From: Chiloscyllium plagiosum
Lineage: Eukaryota
NCBI RefSeq assembly: GCF_004010195.1
Contig: NC_057739.1
Span: 5,879,227 to 5,943,226, forward strand
DNA length: 64,000 bases
Direction: 5' to 3'
Shown: positions 12,561 to 25,016 of the stretch, piece after piece
How the letters are laid out: every line of letters starts with the position of its first letter
Position numbering within the stretch: position 1 is the stretch's first letter
Notes under the pieces: model-generated
Seen by the model: only the letters and a program-made list of their open reading frames with translations
What the model was told of the DNA's origin: nothing
Database searches by the model: none
Position numbers and translations under genes: made by a program

Positions 12561-13348
12561 AAAAGCCCGAATCTAGCCCAGGTGGCAGAGGGAGATGTGA
12601 CTATGGAACCTGGTCTATTTGAGCAAGGGCATTACTGGGTGGTGCGTTTACCCAGTGATACAAGAAATCCTTCATTTATCTGTGCAGACTTGATTGCATT
12701 TTAACCTTGCTGACAGACTGGATCAAATTGCTGTCATTATTTTAACAGGACAAATACCTATTGTCAAAAGACCCACTGTCCACACTTGAAGTGATGATAA
12801 GGAGCCTTGTAAGCATTCTTAATTCCTCTCACAACAAACATTAATATACCTTTCCCAATTACTTCCTGTACCTGAACACTAACCTTTAGTGATGAATGCA
12901 TCAGGACACTTAAGATTCACAGAAAGACAGAATTCACAGAAACATACTTGCAACAAAAAATAACTTGCAAGACTGTGGGTGTCAACAAACAGCAGATGGC
13001 TGCAGTATGACAATACAGGACAATATGGGCCTCTGATCACAGCTGTTTATATTTAAGCCTTTATCTCAGTAATGGGTAGGCTCCAGTGTGAAGACGATAA
13101 TGAGCGCGCAACTTGGTCATTCTCAAATTGCTTTCACTCTCTTTCTGTCAGTTGTTTTCAGCAACCACCCTATCAAGTCACCCAGCGATGCCTCATCCAA
13201 TTCCCCAATTAGAAATACTTCACATTCATTTCCTGTCAGTGAGTGAGTGTGCATGTATAGCTCAGCTTTACCCAACAAGTACCGAAGCTTCTTATGTGCC
13301 GGGCGTGCGATACATGTGGCAAGATTGATAATCTCCCGAAAATCTTAC

Positions 13349-13439
13349 CTTTGCACAGAAACTGTTTGATGGCTTCTGTCCCATTGCTGCACACACTGGC
13401 TGGAGGATAGGTCATAGCTTCTGCATCGAGGCTAAGGGA
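13349..13439 (-). CDS. LRSAM1: LRSAM1 coding exon 8: SLSLDAEAMTYPPASVCSNGTEAIKQFLCK
   Basis: AG/GTAAGA boundaries, 91 nt. Homologous to human [30 protein letters not shown]. Confidence 0.95.
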
Positions 13440-15617
13440 CTGTTGGAGAGGTTGGAGTGAGGGATTGAGGGAGGAGAAGGGACAAGGCCAGCAGGAGGCA
13501 ATGTTCCAGAGACATAGCGAGAGAGAGAAAACAAAAACAGAAAGCTCAGAAAACAGATTCAGTAGGTCATAAAACCTAGAGTGTGGAAATAGCACACCCA
13601 ACTCCATATCTTTTCAGCAAATCTTATCATGGTGTAAGATGATAATCGATATGTGAAAATGGGTTTTTGGTGGAATTGTGCCCTACTCCATTTTTGAAAC
13701 GTATTTGGATTGAATTTTGGAGTCTGTTGGACACTACTGCAGTCAGCTCAGTTGGTAGATGACTTGTACATAGTTTAGAATAATGTCAATAGTGCAGATT
13801 CACATTGGTTTGTACACTTTGGGACCCATTTCCTTACCTGGTCTGGCCCACATGTGACCCCAGGCCCATAGAAATGTGGTTGACTTTCAACTCTCCCCTG
13901 AAATGGCCTAGCAAACCATTCAATGTATCAACCACTACAAACTCTCAAAATAATTCAAACCAGATGGACAATCTGGCATCGACCAAAGCACCGGAAAAGA
14001 CATTGACAGAAACAGCCCAGATGACCCTGCTAAGTCATCCTTACTAACATTTGAGGGCTAGTGCCAAAATTGGGAGAGGTGTCTCACAGACTAATCAAAC
14101 AACAACCTTACATTATCTGTAAGGCATGATTCCATGCTTACGACTAGGTCCCAGACGCCACCATCCTCTGGAAACGTTCTGTCCCACCGGCAGGACAGAC
14201 CCAAGAGAGGTGGCAACACTGTGGTATACAGTTGGGAGGGGGTTGCCCTGGGAATCCTCAATGTTGACTCCCGATCTCGTGAAGTTTCATGGCTTCAGGT
14301 TAAACAAGAGCAAGGAATGCTCCTGCTAATTATCACGTACTGTTCTCCCTCAGCTGATGAATCAGTACTCCTCCATGTTGAACAGCACTTGAAGGAAGCA
14401 CTGCAGATGGCAAGAGCACAGAATGTACTCTGGGTGAGGAATTTCAATATCCACCACCCAAAGTAGCTTGGCAGCAGTACAACTGATCAAGCTGGTCAGG
14501 TCCTAATGACATAATTGCTAGACTGGATCCGCAGCAGGTGGTGAGAGAAGCAAGATGGAAAAACATACTTGATCTCATAATTACCAATCTGCCAGATTCA
14601 GATACATCTATCTATGACAGTATCGACAAGAGAGACCACTGCACAGTCCTTGTGGAGACAAAGTCACACCCTTGCATTGACATTCCATCATGTTGTGTGC
14701 CACAATCACTGTGGTAAATGGAACAGACTTTGATCAGATCTAGCAACTCAAGACTGGGCATCCAAGAAGCACTGTGGACCATCAACAGCAGCATTGTACT
14801 CCAGCATAATCTGTAACCTCATGACCAGGCATATCTTCCATTCAACCATTACCATCAAGCCATGTGATCAACCATGGTTCAATGGAGAGTTCAGGAGGGC
14901 ATGCTAGGAGCAGCATCAGGCATATCTCAAAATGAGATGTCAACTTGGTGAAACTACCAAATAAGACTTTTTGAATGCTAAACAGCATAAATAGCAAGTG
15001 ATAGACTGAGCTAAGCAATCCAACAACCTACAGATCAGATCTAAGCTCTGCAGTCCAGTCACCTCCAATCATGAAAGATGGTGGACAACTAAACAACTCA
15101 GTGGAAGAAGAGACTCCACAAATGTTGGTAACTTCAATGATGGAAGAGCCCAGCACATCAATGCAAAAAGGTATTGCTATACATATCTCAGCCATCTTCA
15201 GCCAGAGGTGCCAAATTGATGATCCATCTCTGCCTCCTTGAATGGTTCCCAGCATTACATTTATCAGTCTTCAGCCAATTTGATTCACTCTACATCATAT
15301 TAAGAAATGATTGGAGGCACTGGATATTGCAAAGGCTATGTAGAACGTTATACTGAACACAAAAAGCAGGACAAATTCAACCCAGGCAATTACTGTCCCA
15401 TCAGTCTACTAGTGTCATTAACAGTGCCATCAAGCAGCACCTGCTCAGTGATGCCCAATTTGGGTTCCGTGAGGGCCTCTGAGCCCCTGACCTGATCACA
15501 GCCTTGGTTCAAACATGGATAAAGAGCTTAATTCCACAGATGAGGTGAGAGTAAGGGCCCTTGAGATTAAGGCTGCATTTGACCAAATGCGGAACCAAAC
15601 AGCACCATCAAAACTGG

Positions 15618-17002
15618 GGCCAGACGTGATATACTCAAGGTTACTACAGGAAGTGAGGGAAGAGATTGCTGCGCATTTGGCAATGATCTTAGTATCCTCA
15701 CTGTACACTGTAGTAGTACCAGATGATTGGAGGGTGGCACATGTTATTCTCTTGTTCAAGAAAGGGAATAGGGAGAAGCCTGGGAATTACAGACCAGTCA
15801 GTTTTATGTCGGTGGTGGGCAAATTATTGGAGAAGATTCTCAGAGATAGTATTTATGATTATTTGAAAATCATAATTTAATTGGAGATAATCAGCATGGT
15901 TTTGAGGGGGACAAATCCTACCCTACAGGCCTTAATGAATTTTTTGAGGATGTGACAAAACACATTGATGAAGGTAGAGCAGTGGATGCAGTGTACGTGG
16001 ATTTTAGCAAGGCGTTTTATAAGATTTCCCATGGTAGGCTCATTCAGAAAGTAGGGAGGCTTGGGATACAGGGAAATCTGGCTGTCTGGATACAGAATTG
16101 GATGGCCCATAGAAGACAGAGGGTAGTAGCAGATGGAAAGTATTCAGCCTGGAGCTTGGTAACCAGTGGTGTTTCACGGGGTTCTGTTCTGGGACCTTTG
16201 CTCTTTGTGGAGAAGTGGCAGATGGAGTTCAACATGGAAAAGTGTGTAGTGATTCATTTTGGAAGGTCGAATTTGAATACAGGGTTAAAGGCAGGATTCT
16301 TGGCAGTGTGGAAGAACAGAGGGATCTTGGGATCCACGTCCATAGATTCCTCATAGTTGCCACCCAAGTTGATAGGGTTGTTAAGAAGGTGTATTGTATG
16401 TTGGCTTTCAATAGCAGGGGATTGAGTTTAAGAGCTGTGAGGTTATTCTGCAGCTCTATAGAGCCCTGGCTGGACTACACTGGGAATATCAGTTCTAGTC
16501 ACCTCATTATAGGACGGATGTGGAAGCTTTAGGGAGGGTGCAGAGGAAATTTACCAGATGCTGTCTGGACTGGAGGGCATGTCTTAGGAAGAAAGGTTGA
16601 GGGAACTAGGGCTTTTCTCATTAGAGTGAAGAAAGATGAGAGGTGACTTGTTAGAGGTGTACAAGATGATGAGAGGCATAGATAGAGTGGATAGCCAGAG
16701 ACTTTTTCCCAGGGCAGAAATGGCTATCACAAGGGGGCATAATTTTAAGGTGATGGGAGGAAGGTTTAGGGGAGATGTCAACGGTAGATTTTTTACACAG
16801 AGAATGGTGGGTGCATGAAATGCACTGCCAGCAGTGGTAGTCAAGTCAGATACGTTAGGGACATTTAAGCGACACTTCGATAGACACATGGATGGTTGTA
16901 AACTGAAGGGTATGTAGGTTAGTTTTATCTTAGAGTAGGATAAAAGATTGGTGCAACATAGAGGGCTGAATGGCTTGTACTGTGCTTTTTGTTCTATGTG
17001 TT
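15618..17002 (+). mobile_element. CR1/HER1 LINE, 5'-truncated, nested in the older LINE
   Basis: RT fragments PDDWRVAHVILLFKKG, DAVYVDFSKAF and RGDLLEVYKMM. TSD AAAACTGG at 15610-15617 and 17003-17010. Confidence 0.9.
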
Positions 17003-17311
17003 AAAACTGGACTCAATGGAATTCGGAGGTAAACTCTCTTCTCGCTGGAGTCATACTTGGCACATAGGAAGATGTTGGCACATGTTGGAGGTCAGTCATC
17101 TCAGCTCTAGGACATCTCTGTAGGACTTTCTCAGGATAGTGTCCTAGGTCCAACCATCTTCAGCTGCTTCTTCAATGACCATCCCTCCATAAGGTCAGAA
17201 GTGGGGATGTTTGCCAATGATTGATCAATGTTCAGCACCGTTTGCAATTCCTCAGAAACTGAAGCAGCTAGTGTTCAAACGCAACAAGATCTGGACAAGA
17301 TTCAGGCTTGT

Positions 17312-17531
17312 GCTGAAAATGTGTTGCTGGAAAAGCGCAGCAGGTCAGGTAGCATCCAAGGAACAGGAGAATCGACGTTTCGGGCATAAGCCCTTCTTCA
17401 GGAAGGGCTTCGGGCTTATGCCCGAAACGTCGATTCTCCTGTTCCTTGGATGCTGCCTGACCTGCTGCGCTTTTCCAGCAACACATTTTCAGCTCTGATC
17501 TCCAGCATCTGCAGTCCTCACTTTCTCCTCG
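17312..17531. mobile_element. Palindromic Penelope-derived short element with long TSD and hammerhead motif
   Basis: ~80-bp near-perfect inverted arms. AAGATTCAGGCTTGTGCTGA duplicated at 17297-17316 and 17532-17551. Minus strand carries CTGAAGA-A-GGGC-TTAT-GCCC-GAAACGTC (17401-17374). Confidence 0.88.
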
Positions 17532-18041
17532 AAGATTCAGGCTTGTGCTGACAAGTGGCAACTAACAGTCACACCACGCAAATGCCAGGCTATAAATATC
17601 AACATCAAGAGACAATCTAATCTCTACCCATTCAATGGTGTAACCATCACTGAATCCCCCACTACCAACATCCTGGGCGGGTTACCATTTACCAGAAACT
17701 CAACTGGACTCACCATTCTCTGATTCTATGAATTAGACATAAACACAATATTTGCAAGAGTAAGTCAGAGACTAGGAATGCTGCAGCAAGTAACTCCTTT
17801 TCTGAGTTCCCAAAGCCTGCCCACAATCTACAAGGCACAGGTGAGGAGTGTGATAGAATCCTCTCCACTTGCCTGGATGGGTGCAGCTCCAACAACATGC
17901 AAGAAGCTTGACACCATCCGGGATAAAGCAGCCCATTTAATTGGGACCACATCCACAAAACATCCACTCCCTCTCCCACTTACACACTGCTACTGAGTGT
18001 ATGATCTACTACATAAAAATCCTTACAGAATATCTTCCAAG

Positions 18042-18195
18042 AGGAGAAAGTGAGGACTGCAGATGCTGGGGATCAGAGCTTAAAAATGTGTTGCTGGAAA
18101 AGCGCAGCAGGTCAGGCAGCATCAAAGGAGAAGGAAAATTGACGTTTCGGGCATAAGCCCTTCTTCAGGAATGAGGAGGGTGTGCCAAGCAGGCT
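18042..18195 (-). mobile_element. Penelope pseudo-LTR fragment with intact hammerhead core
   Basis: Minus strand CATTC-CTGAAGA-A-GGGC-TTAT-GCCC-GAAACGTC (18173-18141), followed by the family tail. Confidence 0.82.
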
Positions 18196-18409
18196 TTTAC
18201 TTTATCTTAGCTCAATATTAAATTGGTAGATCAACCAGAGTGACAATAACTAAACAACTCATGTCATGTGCTTGGCCTTCAGGCTTCACAACTGTACCTC
18301 AGGTATCATTGCAATGCTTACGTTCTTTTAGATAAAACCCCTCTGTCTTTACGTACTCTTCAGAAATTTCTGAATGGATCAAAGGATGAAGGGCAGATCA
18401 CAGAAATAC

Positions 18410-18531
18410 CTCGAGTGTCCTGATATGAGCCAGGTCTTGTGGGAGAATCTGAATCCGATTTTGACTGATGTCCAATGTTCGTAGACTCCTCAGTCCACTC
18501 AGAGATTCTGGCACTTTCCGGATCCGGTTCC
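18410..18531 (-). CDS. LRSAM1: LRSAM1 coding exon 7 (LRR): GNRIRKVPESLSGLRSLRTLDISQNRIQILPQDLAHIRTLE
   Basis: AG/GT boundaries, 122 nt, LRR consensus, phase-compatible. Confidence 0.95.
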
Positions 18532-19769
18532 CTGATGTAGACAGATGGGGGGGTGGGGTGGAGGTGGTGAAGACGAAGAGAGATATTTAAACCTCATATG
18601 AGACTGAAGGTGAAAAGGGTTATCTTACCTTCCTCACCTTACAAAAACACCACACAGATGGTCTCTTCAACCTCTCCCCTTAATCCCCTGTCAACTGTTG
18701 TTTAGCCCTGACTCCCAGCTGTGAGGTATCTTAAATGCACAACATGAATGTTAAGAGCTGTATTGGTGGAGCTGCTAGTTTTTAGCTTATCTGGCTGATC
18801 AGACTGTCAAACATTGTATGGCACTTGCCAGGGAGCTTGCTCGGTGTTTTGCCCTCAACCAATATCAAAGCAGAGTGTGTACACTCACTGAGGATAACTA
18901 CATTTCCCTGCACAATAACCATTACTACTGCACTGCAAATTAATCTAGTGGAATTGCATGGTGATAATTTTAAAATGTCAGAAATAGATGGACTAGATGG
19001 TGTCGGACTTGAACAGAGAGATTGAATCTAATTCAGTTTTCAGCAGACCAGAAGTTAAAGACATGACCAGCCTCTGGACCTGGAGTGGGGGTGCCGGAGC
19101 TATCAATTCTGAAATCACACGATAAATCCTAAAGACTCTGGCTGCTGACGTGCCACTGATAGTAGATCAGCGCTCGGTCAGGAATCCTGACCAGCTTAGT
19201 TCAGAACTTCTCTGTTGCAATGCCAGCAAACGTACAAGTGCAATACGTGCTCATGATGACAGGCAGGAGTTGCACCACCTATTGTGCCTGCTATGGAAGA
19301 GTATGTGGCTGGGAACCAGTGCTGAGCCAGAAATATAATTGAAACAGACCAAACACAAAAACACGAAAGCAGCAATTACCATTCTTGGTGGCTTTCCCTT
19401 CGCTGAGCTTGTCCCCACCAATAGGAACCATGCACAAATACAACCCAGTTAGTCTCGCAACTGAAGACACTTTATAATCACAAGGTCACACAAATCTCCT
19501 CAACAAGGAGGTATACACTACATTCAGGCTCGAGTGCTGCTCCTTATATCGAGCTTCATAAAATTTCTCCCAATTCCAAAGCTCATGGCTGCATCTACCA
19601 GGAGGGGAGGATCGGAGAGGCACAGACCCTGATCGAGACCAACCATTTGACGACATCATGCAATGGTGATTCCAGCCTCAGGTACTGCAGTCAGGAGTGT
19701 GGACAGGTCACAGTTTTCAAATTGACTAACCCACCCAGAGGAATGCACCTTCAACACAGGCTCTGTTAC

Positions 19770-19854
19770 CTTTTAGGTTTAATGTTTGAAGTTGCGCCAA
19801 GGTTGCAAGAGAGTTTGGGAGAGATTTCAAAAGATTTTGTTCCACATTGAGCAC
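19770..19854 (-). CDS. LRSAM1: LRSAM1 coding exon 6 (LRR): VLNVEQNLLKSLPNSLATLAQLQTLNLK
   Basis: tttcag/gtaaca boundaries, 85 nt. Confidence 0.95.
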
Positions 19855-21228
19855 CTGAAATAAAACAAAACCGAAAAATCAATCTATAATGGGCCAAAAG
19901 GAGCAACAATTCCACAGGTAATAGAACACGGCAAATAATATCACATGAGGGACCGGTTGGGGGAATAGATTGTTTGAGGATCAACAGGAATCCTTTACAT
20001 CGTCCCAAATCACAAAAGGAAAACTCCCTTCTCAGCATTTATTCTGAGCACCAAGATGTGTAGCTGCCCCCTATTCAGGCCAGCATTTCACTGCAGTGCT
20101 GAGTGACTGTGGTATTGTTGGACGTGCCAGTTTTTAGCCTATCTGGTTGATTAGACTGTCAAAGCTCGCATGGTACTTGCCAGGGAGCTTCACCCTCAAC
20201 TGAGATCAAAGCACAGTGCGATAATTTACTGGAGCTTGCTACATCTAACTACACAACAACCATTACTGCTGCACTGCAAAATAATCTACTTGTAGTGGCA
20301 GTGGGTGCATGTGTCCGTACCTGTATCTCTGTTTCTGGCACTGGTGCAGTTGGTCTGTGTCATGGGGTACAGGCAGACATAGTTTAGATCCCGATTGGTT
20401 ATCCAGTGACTTCCATTAGTAAGTGGTCCATGTCCGGAAAGATGGGGACATGTACTGGTAGTGATACTTCCAGTCCAGGAGCTTGTGAATAACTCTCAGC
20501 CTCTACTCACGACATCAAGAGTGGTCATTTAACAGAGGCACCAAAAAACTCAGTGTCCAGAGTAACAAGTCAACTACTTCCACATAATGGGAGAAAAATG
20601 TGTTTCTCGGGTTGGGAAGAGCTTTTGGAATGCACTGACAACTGGAACTTCAGTTGCCTGGGCTTTAGAATTACTTTTCGATATCTCTGCTATTGTATCT
20701 CTCTGACCAAAATTTTACATTTTAAAGTGGAAAAGCACTCCAAAGTTACCTGTCCCAGGGCTCAGAGTTGATTTTTGCTTGATTACACTCCAGAGATATT
20801 TTCCGAAGACGTTATATAAATGCAAGTTGCTGAGTCAATCTTCACCATGTTACTGTGGTGCAAACAGCAGTTAGTGACCTTGCTGATCCAGTATCTGTAA
20901 CAATCAATATTATCTCACTCCAGATTCTGGAGCAGAATACAGTCAGCATTGATAATCCCAAATGAAGAGATTTCATCATGTCTGATTGGGGAACCTGGCG
21001 TAGCAACTAGAGAAGGGGAGGAAGGACAGGTGGGAACCAAACTGGGAGGCCAACACAGCAGGCAGTCACACAAGGACCGGCAAAAACGGGAAATGAAAAT
21101 ATCCAATTTGGACGAGGGCCTGGCATTGTGCTCCCATTAAAGGAAGCCCTTAATACAAACTGGCACCTGCACAATGGTTCCTACTGACTTAAAGGATGCT
21201 CACTTCTAGCAGAACTCCAGTGTTTTAC

Positions 21229-21297
21229 CTGAAGGGATAACAGCTGACCCATATCCTCGGGGAGCGAGCTGAGGTCATTGTCATGGAGATCCAGAAT
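21229..21297 (-). CDS. LRSAM1: LRSAM1 coding exon 5 (LRR): ILDLHDNDLSSLPEDMGQLLSLQ
   Basis: AG/GT boundaries, 69 nt. Human counterpart [23 protein letters not shown]. Confidence 0.95.
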
Positions 21298-21697
21298 CTA
21301 GTAACATGCAAGAAACAAGCAATGATCATCTCCACAAACACCAATCGTTTGTCTTCAACACAACACAGCACAGTCCCAATCTGGTGCATGAACCATTAAC
21401 CCAACACTCCTTCATTCTTCTGGCACTTAAAGTTGCTCCACTTGGGAAAACAACCGTCTTTAACAAATAGCAAAATAAAAAGAAATGCCGCCTGGTAGAA
21501 AGTGCAATTCATTTCAGCGTATCCCAAGGGGCTGAGGGTAGGTGCCAGAGGGTGGGGCCTGAGCACTGCTCAGCAAATTTAAAATAAAATCAATTTGTTT
21601 CAGAGAAAGGTCTTCCCGATACAGCTTCCACTATCAATCACTTAAAGATTCGCAGCAGTACGGTGTTTATTTCAAAGCATCTGGCCCAAGGGCGGCC

Positions 21698-22292
21698 ATA
21701 CAGTCATACAGCACAGAAACAGATCGTTCGGTCCCACCAGTCCACCCTGACCACAATCCCAAACTAAACTAGTCCCATCTGCCTCCACTTGGCCCATATC
21801 CCTCCAAACATTTCTTATTCATTTACTTAGTCAAATGATTTTAAACGTTGTAACTTTACCCGCATCCACCACTTCTTCTGGCAATTCATTCCATGTGAAC
21901 CACTCTGTAAAAAAAAAAGTTGCCTCTCTTCTTTTTAAAATCTTTCTCCTGTCACCTTAAAAATATGCCCGCTGGTCTTGAAATCCCCCATCCTAGGGAA
22001 AAGATATCTGCCATTTACCTTATCTATACCCCTTATGATCTTATAAATCTCTAAGGTCACCCCTCGATCTCCAACGCTCCAGTGAGAAAAGTCCCAGGCT
22101 ATCTAACCTCTTCTTATACCTCAGACCTTCCATTCCCAGCAACATCTTGGTAAGTCTTTTCTACAACCTCTCCAATTTAATAATATCCTTCTTATAACAA
22201 AGTGACCAGATCTGCACACAATACCCCAGAACATGCCTCACCAATGTCCTGTATAAACTTCACATAATGCCCTAACTCCTATACTCAAAGGT
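21698..22292 (-). mobile_element. CR1/HER1 3' fragment
   Basis: Reverse of the CR1 ORF2 C-terminus and tail. Confidence 0.8.
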
Positions 22293-22591
22293 CAGTCCAC
22301 ATTGGCATCTAGGCAGCATAATCACTACCCATTGAAAGTTCACATTCAAGTATCTTATGTGTCAAGACTTCCTTTGGGTCTTAATAGACAGGAGAAAGCA
22401 AGGTGAAAGATGATGATGTGTAGGTAGGGGGAAGGAAAATTGGGGAGAGGCTGCAGTGTATACACATACCCACTGAACGAGAAGCAGATAATATTCTAGA
22501 CTCAGATCTCCAGAGAATTGCAGCTCTTGACAAGTACATTAGGCGTAACATAAACCTGGGGCAGTCAAGCGCCAAGCTGACTTGCACTTAC

Positions 22592-22669
22592 CTTCAGCAT
22601 TGACAAATCCTGGATGTTACATGACTTTGGCAGCAATGTTGACAAGTGATTGGTGTGAACAATTAAAAC
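22592..22669 (-). CDS. LRSAM1: LRSAM1 coding exon 4: VLIVHTNHLSTLLPKSCNIQDLSMLK
   Basis: ttccag/gtaagt boundaries, 78 nt. Near-identical to human VLIVHTNHLTSLLPKSC. Confidence 0.96.
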
Positions 22670-23291
22670 CTGGAAAACAAACAGAGCAGAGTGATGGAGA
22701 TCTTCCAGATACACTCTGTCCTTGCTCCAGACACACTGAGCAATCCACAAAAATCAGAGTTCTGCTGAGGTGAAATGGAAATCAAAGCACTGAAACGTTA
22801 ACAGCTCATACAAGATCACAGGCTCTATGGAGAGAAGGTAATGATGATCGCAGGCAGCACTAAAACTGCTTATTCACTAATTGACAGACACTGGGGATCA
22901 TCACCATACAAATAAACACTAATGCTGCGCATTCGAAAATCATCATCAAGTGACAGGGGTTGGATGTAAAATGGAAGGGGATAAGTGATAGATCTTTGGG
23001 AATTCCAGAGGCAATGGAGTGGGAGCAGGCAGGGAAGCCATTATTGATGATTCCCCAAATATAATTAGATGGATAAGATGAAACCAGGTGAATGCAGTCC
23101 CACCCAGAGAGACAAGCAGGTGCTTACAGAATACGAGAAGCTGTTGCTGAACGTGATGCCAACATCCATTGTTTCAGCAAGTAGACCAGCAAGGCAGGCA
23201 CACAGATACAGGAAGGGACTGAGGGCATAGGCAGGCACCCAGGAAGGGTGAGACAGATCAAACCCAGAGACTAGACAGATTAAACTCTTAC

Positions 23292-23336
23292 CTTCTTCTG
23301 TAAGACTCTGCACATGGAGAACACACTGACTGGAAT
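23292..23336 (-). CDS. LRSAM1: LRSAM1 coding exon 3: IPVSVFSMCRVLQKK
   Basis: ttccag/gtaaga boundaries, 45 nt. Human counterpart IPFGAFATCKVLQKK. Confidence 0.92.
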
Positions 23337-24515
23337 CTGGAATGACAGGATTGGGAATAACTAAAAGTGCAGCACAATCCAACTCAAATTACTGTCAAGA
23401 TTCTGTCATGTTGACGAGGTCCCATAACTCCTGGCACAATGGCTGATAATCTTAGGAAACCAGCTGGATTGAGTTCATAAAACGGCGTCACTGCCCTGTG
23501 GCTGAAAATTTGTCACAAAGCCCACTTCTGGTCGTTGCTGGGCTGTTCCATCTTCCAAACCCATTATCTTTACCAGCTAGAAGGACAAGGGAAGCAGATA
23601 GATGGGAACACCACCTGCAAGTTCCTCTCCAAGCCGCCCACCATCTGGACTTGGAAATGTATTGCCATTCTTTCAGGATCACTTGGTCAAAGTCCTGGAA
23701 TTCACTCCCTAAGGTCATTGTGGGTCAAACTACACCATACGGACTGCAACGGTTCAAGACGGCAGCTCACCACCACCTCCAGGTGTAATTAGGGATGGGC
23801 AAGAAACACTGGGCGAGTCAATAATACCAGGAATGAATTTTATAAAAGGCATGTTTTGATAGAGGGTATGATCAGGTTTGACTAATGTCCAACAGTTTGT
23901 GATGGTATGTGACTCAAGAGGGATCTGTTCTGCTCCATTTCTCTTGGAGTGTGTTAGGGCTGCCTGCAACTGAAGAGACACAAAATAGCCAACAGCTAGT
24001 TCCCACTAGCCTTGCAGAAAATGGCTGACAGTAATTATAACCTTGGGAAAAAAACATTTGTTAAAGGTAGCTTCCACAAGAAGGGCAACAGCCAGTCTGT
24101 ATAAACAAGGTTACTGAGCTCAGATAGAACATGCAGCTGTAAAACGATAAGAACATTTCACAGTAATTAGTTTTTTTCAACTATTCATACTATTAAGAGT
24201 AGGCTCTAGTTAAATATTCTTCAGATAATCAGAGATAGATTATAGTATTTATAGATACACATATAAACAAACTCCAAAAATCACTAAAAACATTAGAAGA
24301 AAATTTTCAAATACAAATGTGGAAGATAGTAAAGCTGCCTCATCTTATCATTAAAGAAGTGCCTTGCACACACATTTAGAAACAAATTGCTCACAACTTA
24401 TTAGCTAAAGAATGCTAACCATAGGGATAGACATAAAACTTCACACATAACTTACTTCTAGTAGAACCAATATTATGAATTTTATAGCAGTTAGTAAGAA
24501 CTTGCTTTGTAATTG

Positions 24516-25016
24516 TTGTAATTATGGCAGTGGGAAATGTAAAACGAATGACAGAATTCGAGCAGTGCTTAGAGATAAGCAAGTTTATAACCAGTAACTT
24601 TGGAATGTGAAGTAACGGGATGCATTCTAAGATCCCAAGGCCTGGTGATCACAAGACCTGGTAAACATGATGTGATCATGAGGAACCTAGGGCTGTCCAC
24701 AGGAGTGTCCATCATTGATTAGGTGTTTCACAGGATTGGATGTCTAGATTAAAGGGGAAGGCACAGTGACCACATTATATGCGATTATTGGATCATGAAA
24801 TGTATAAAAATACTGTATATCACTGGGAAAATGAGAGTGTCATTGACCTCTCTTCTGATCCGAGACAAAGATTAAGGGAGTAATTGAGCCCTCACGTCGA
24901 GGCTATATCCAGAGTGGTCTTTGTCCTCTCATTGCAATTGCTTGAACAAACTGCCACATGCCTGAATCCTGCCACCTCTTGAATCTTTGTCCCCAGTTGG
25001 GGAGTTTGCTCCTACA
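24516..25016 (+). mobile_element. Probable solo LTR
   Basis: TGTA..TACA termini, TATA-like TGTATAAAAA at ~24801 and U5-like end. No TSD seen and the left edge is uncertain. Confidence 0.35.

Larger units (their letters stand above)
13800..18040 (+). mobile_element. Long L2/CR1-clade LINE (APE endonuclease and RT remnants) interrupted by later insertions
   Basis: Endonuclease remnant 14134-14466 (RQDRPKRGG..YCSPS..NFNIHH) and RT remnants (PGNYCPISLL, LEIKAAFDQM). Resumes after 17010. Confidence 0.8.
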
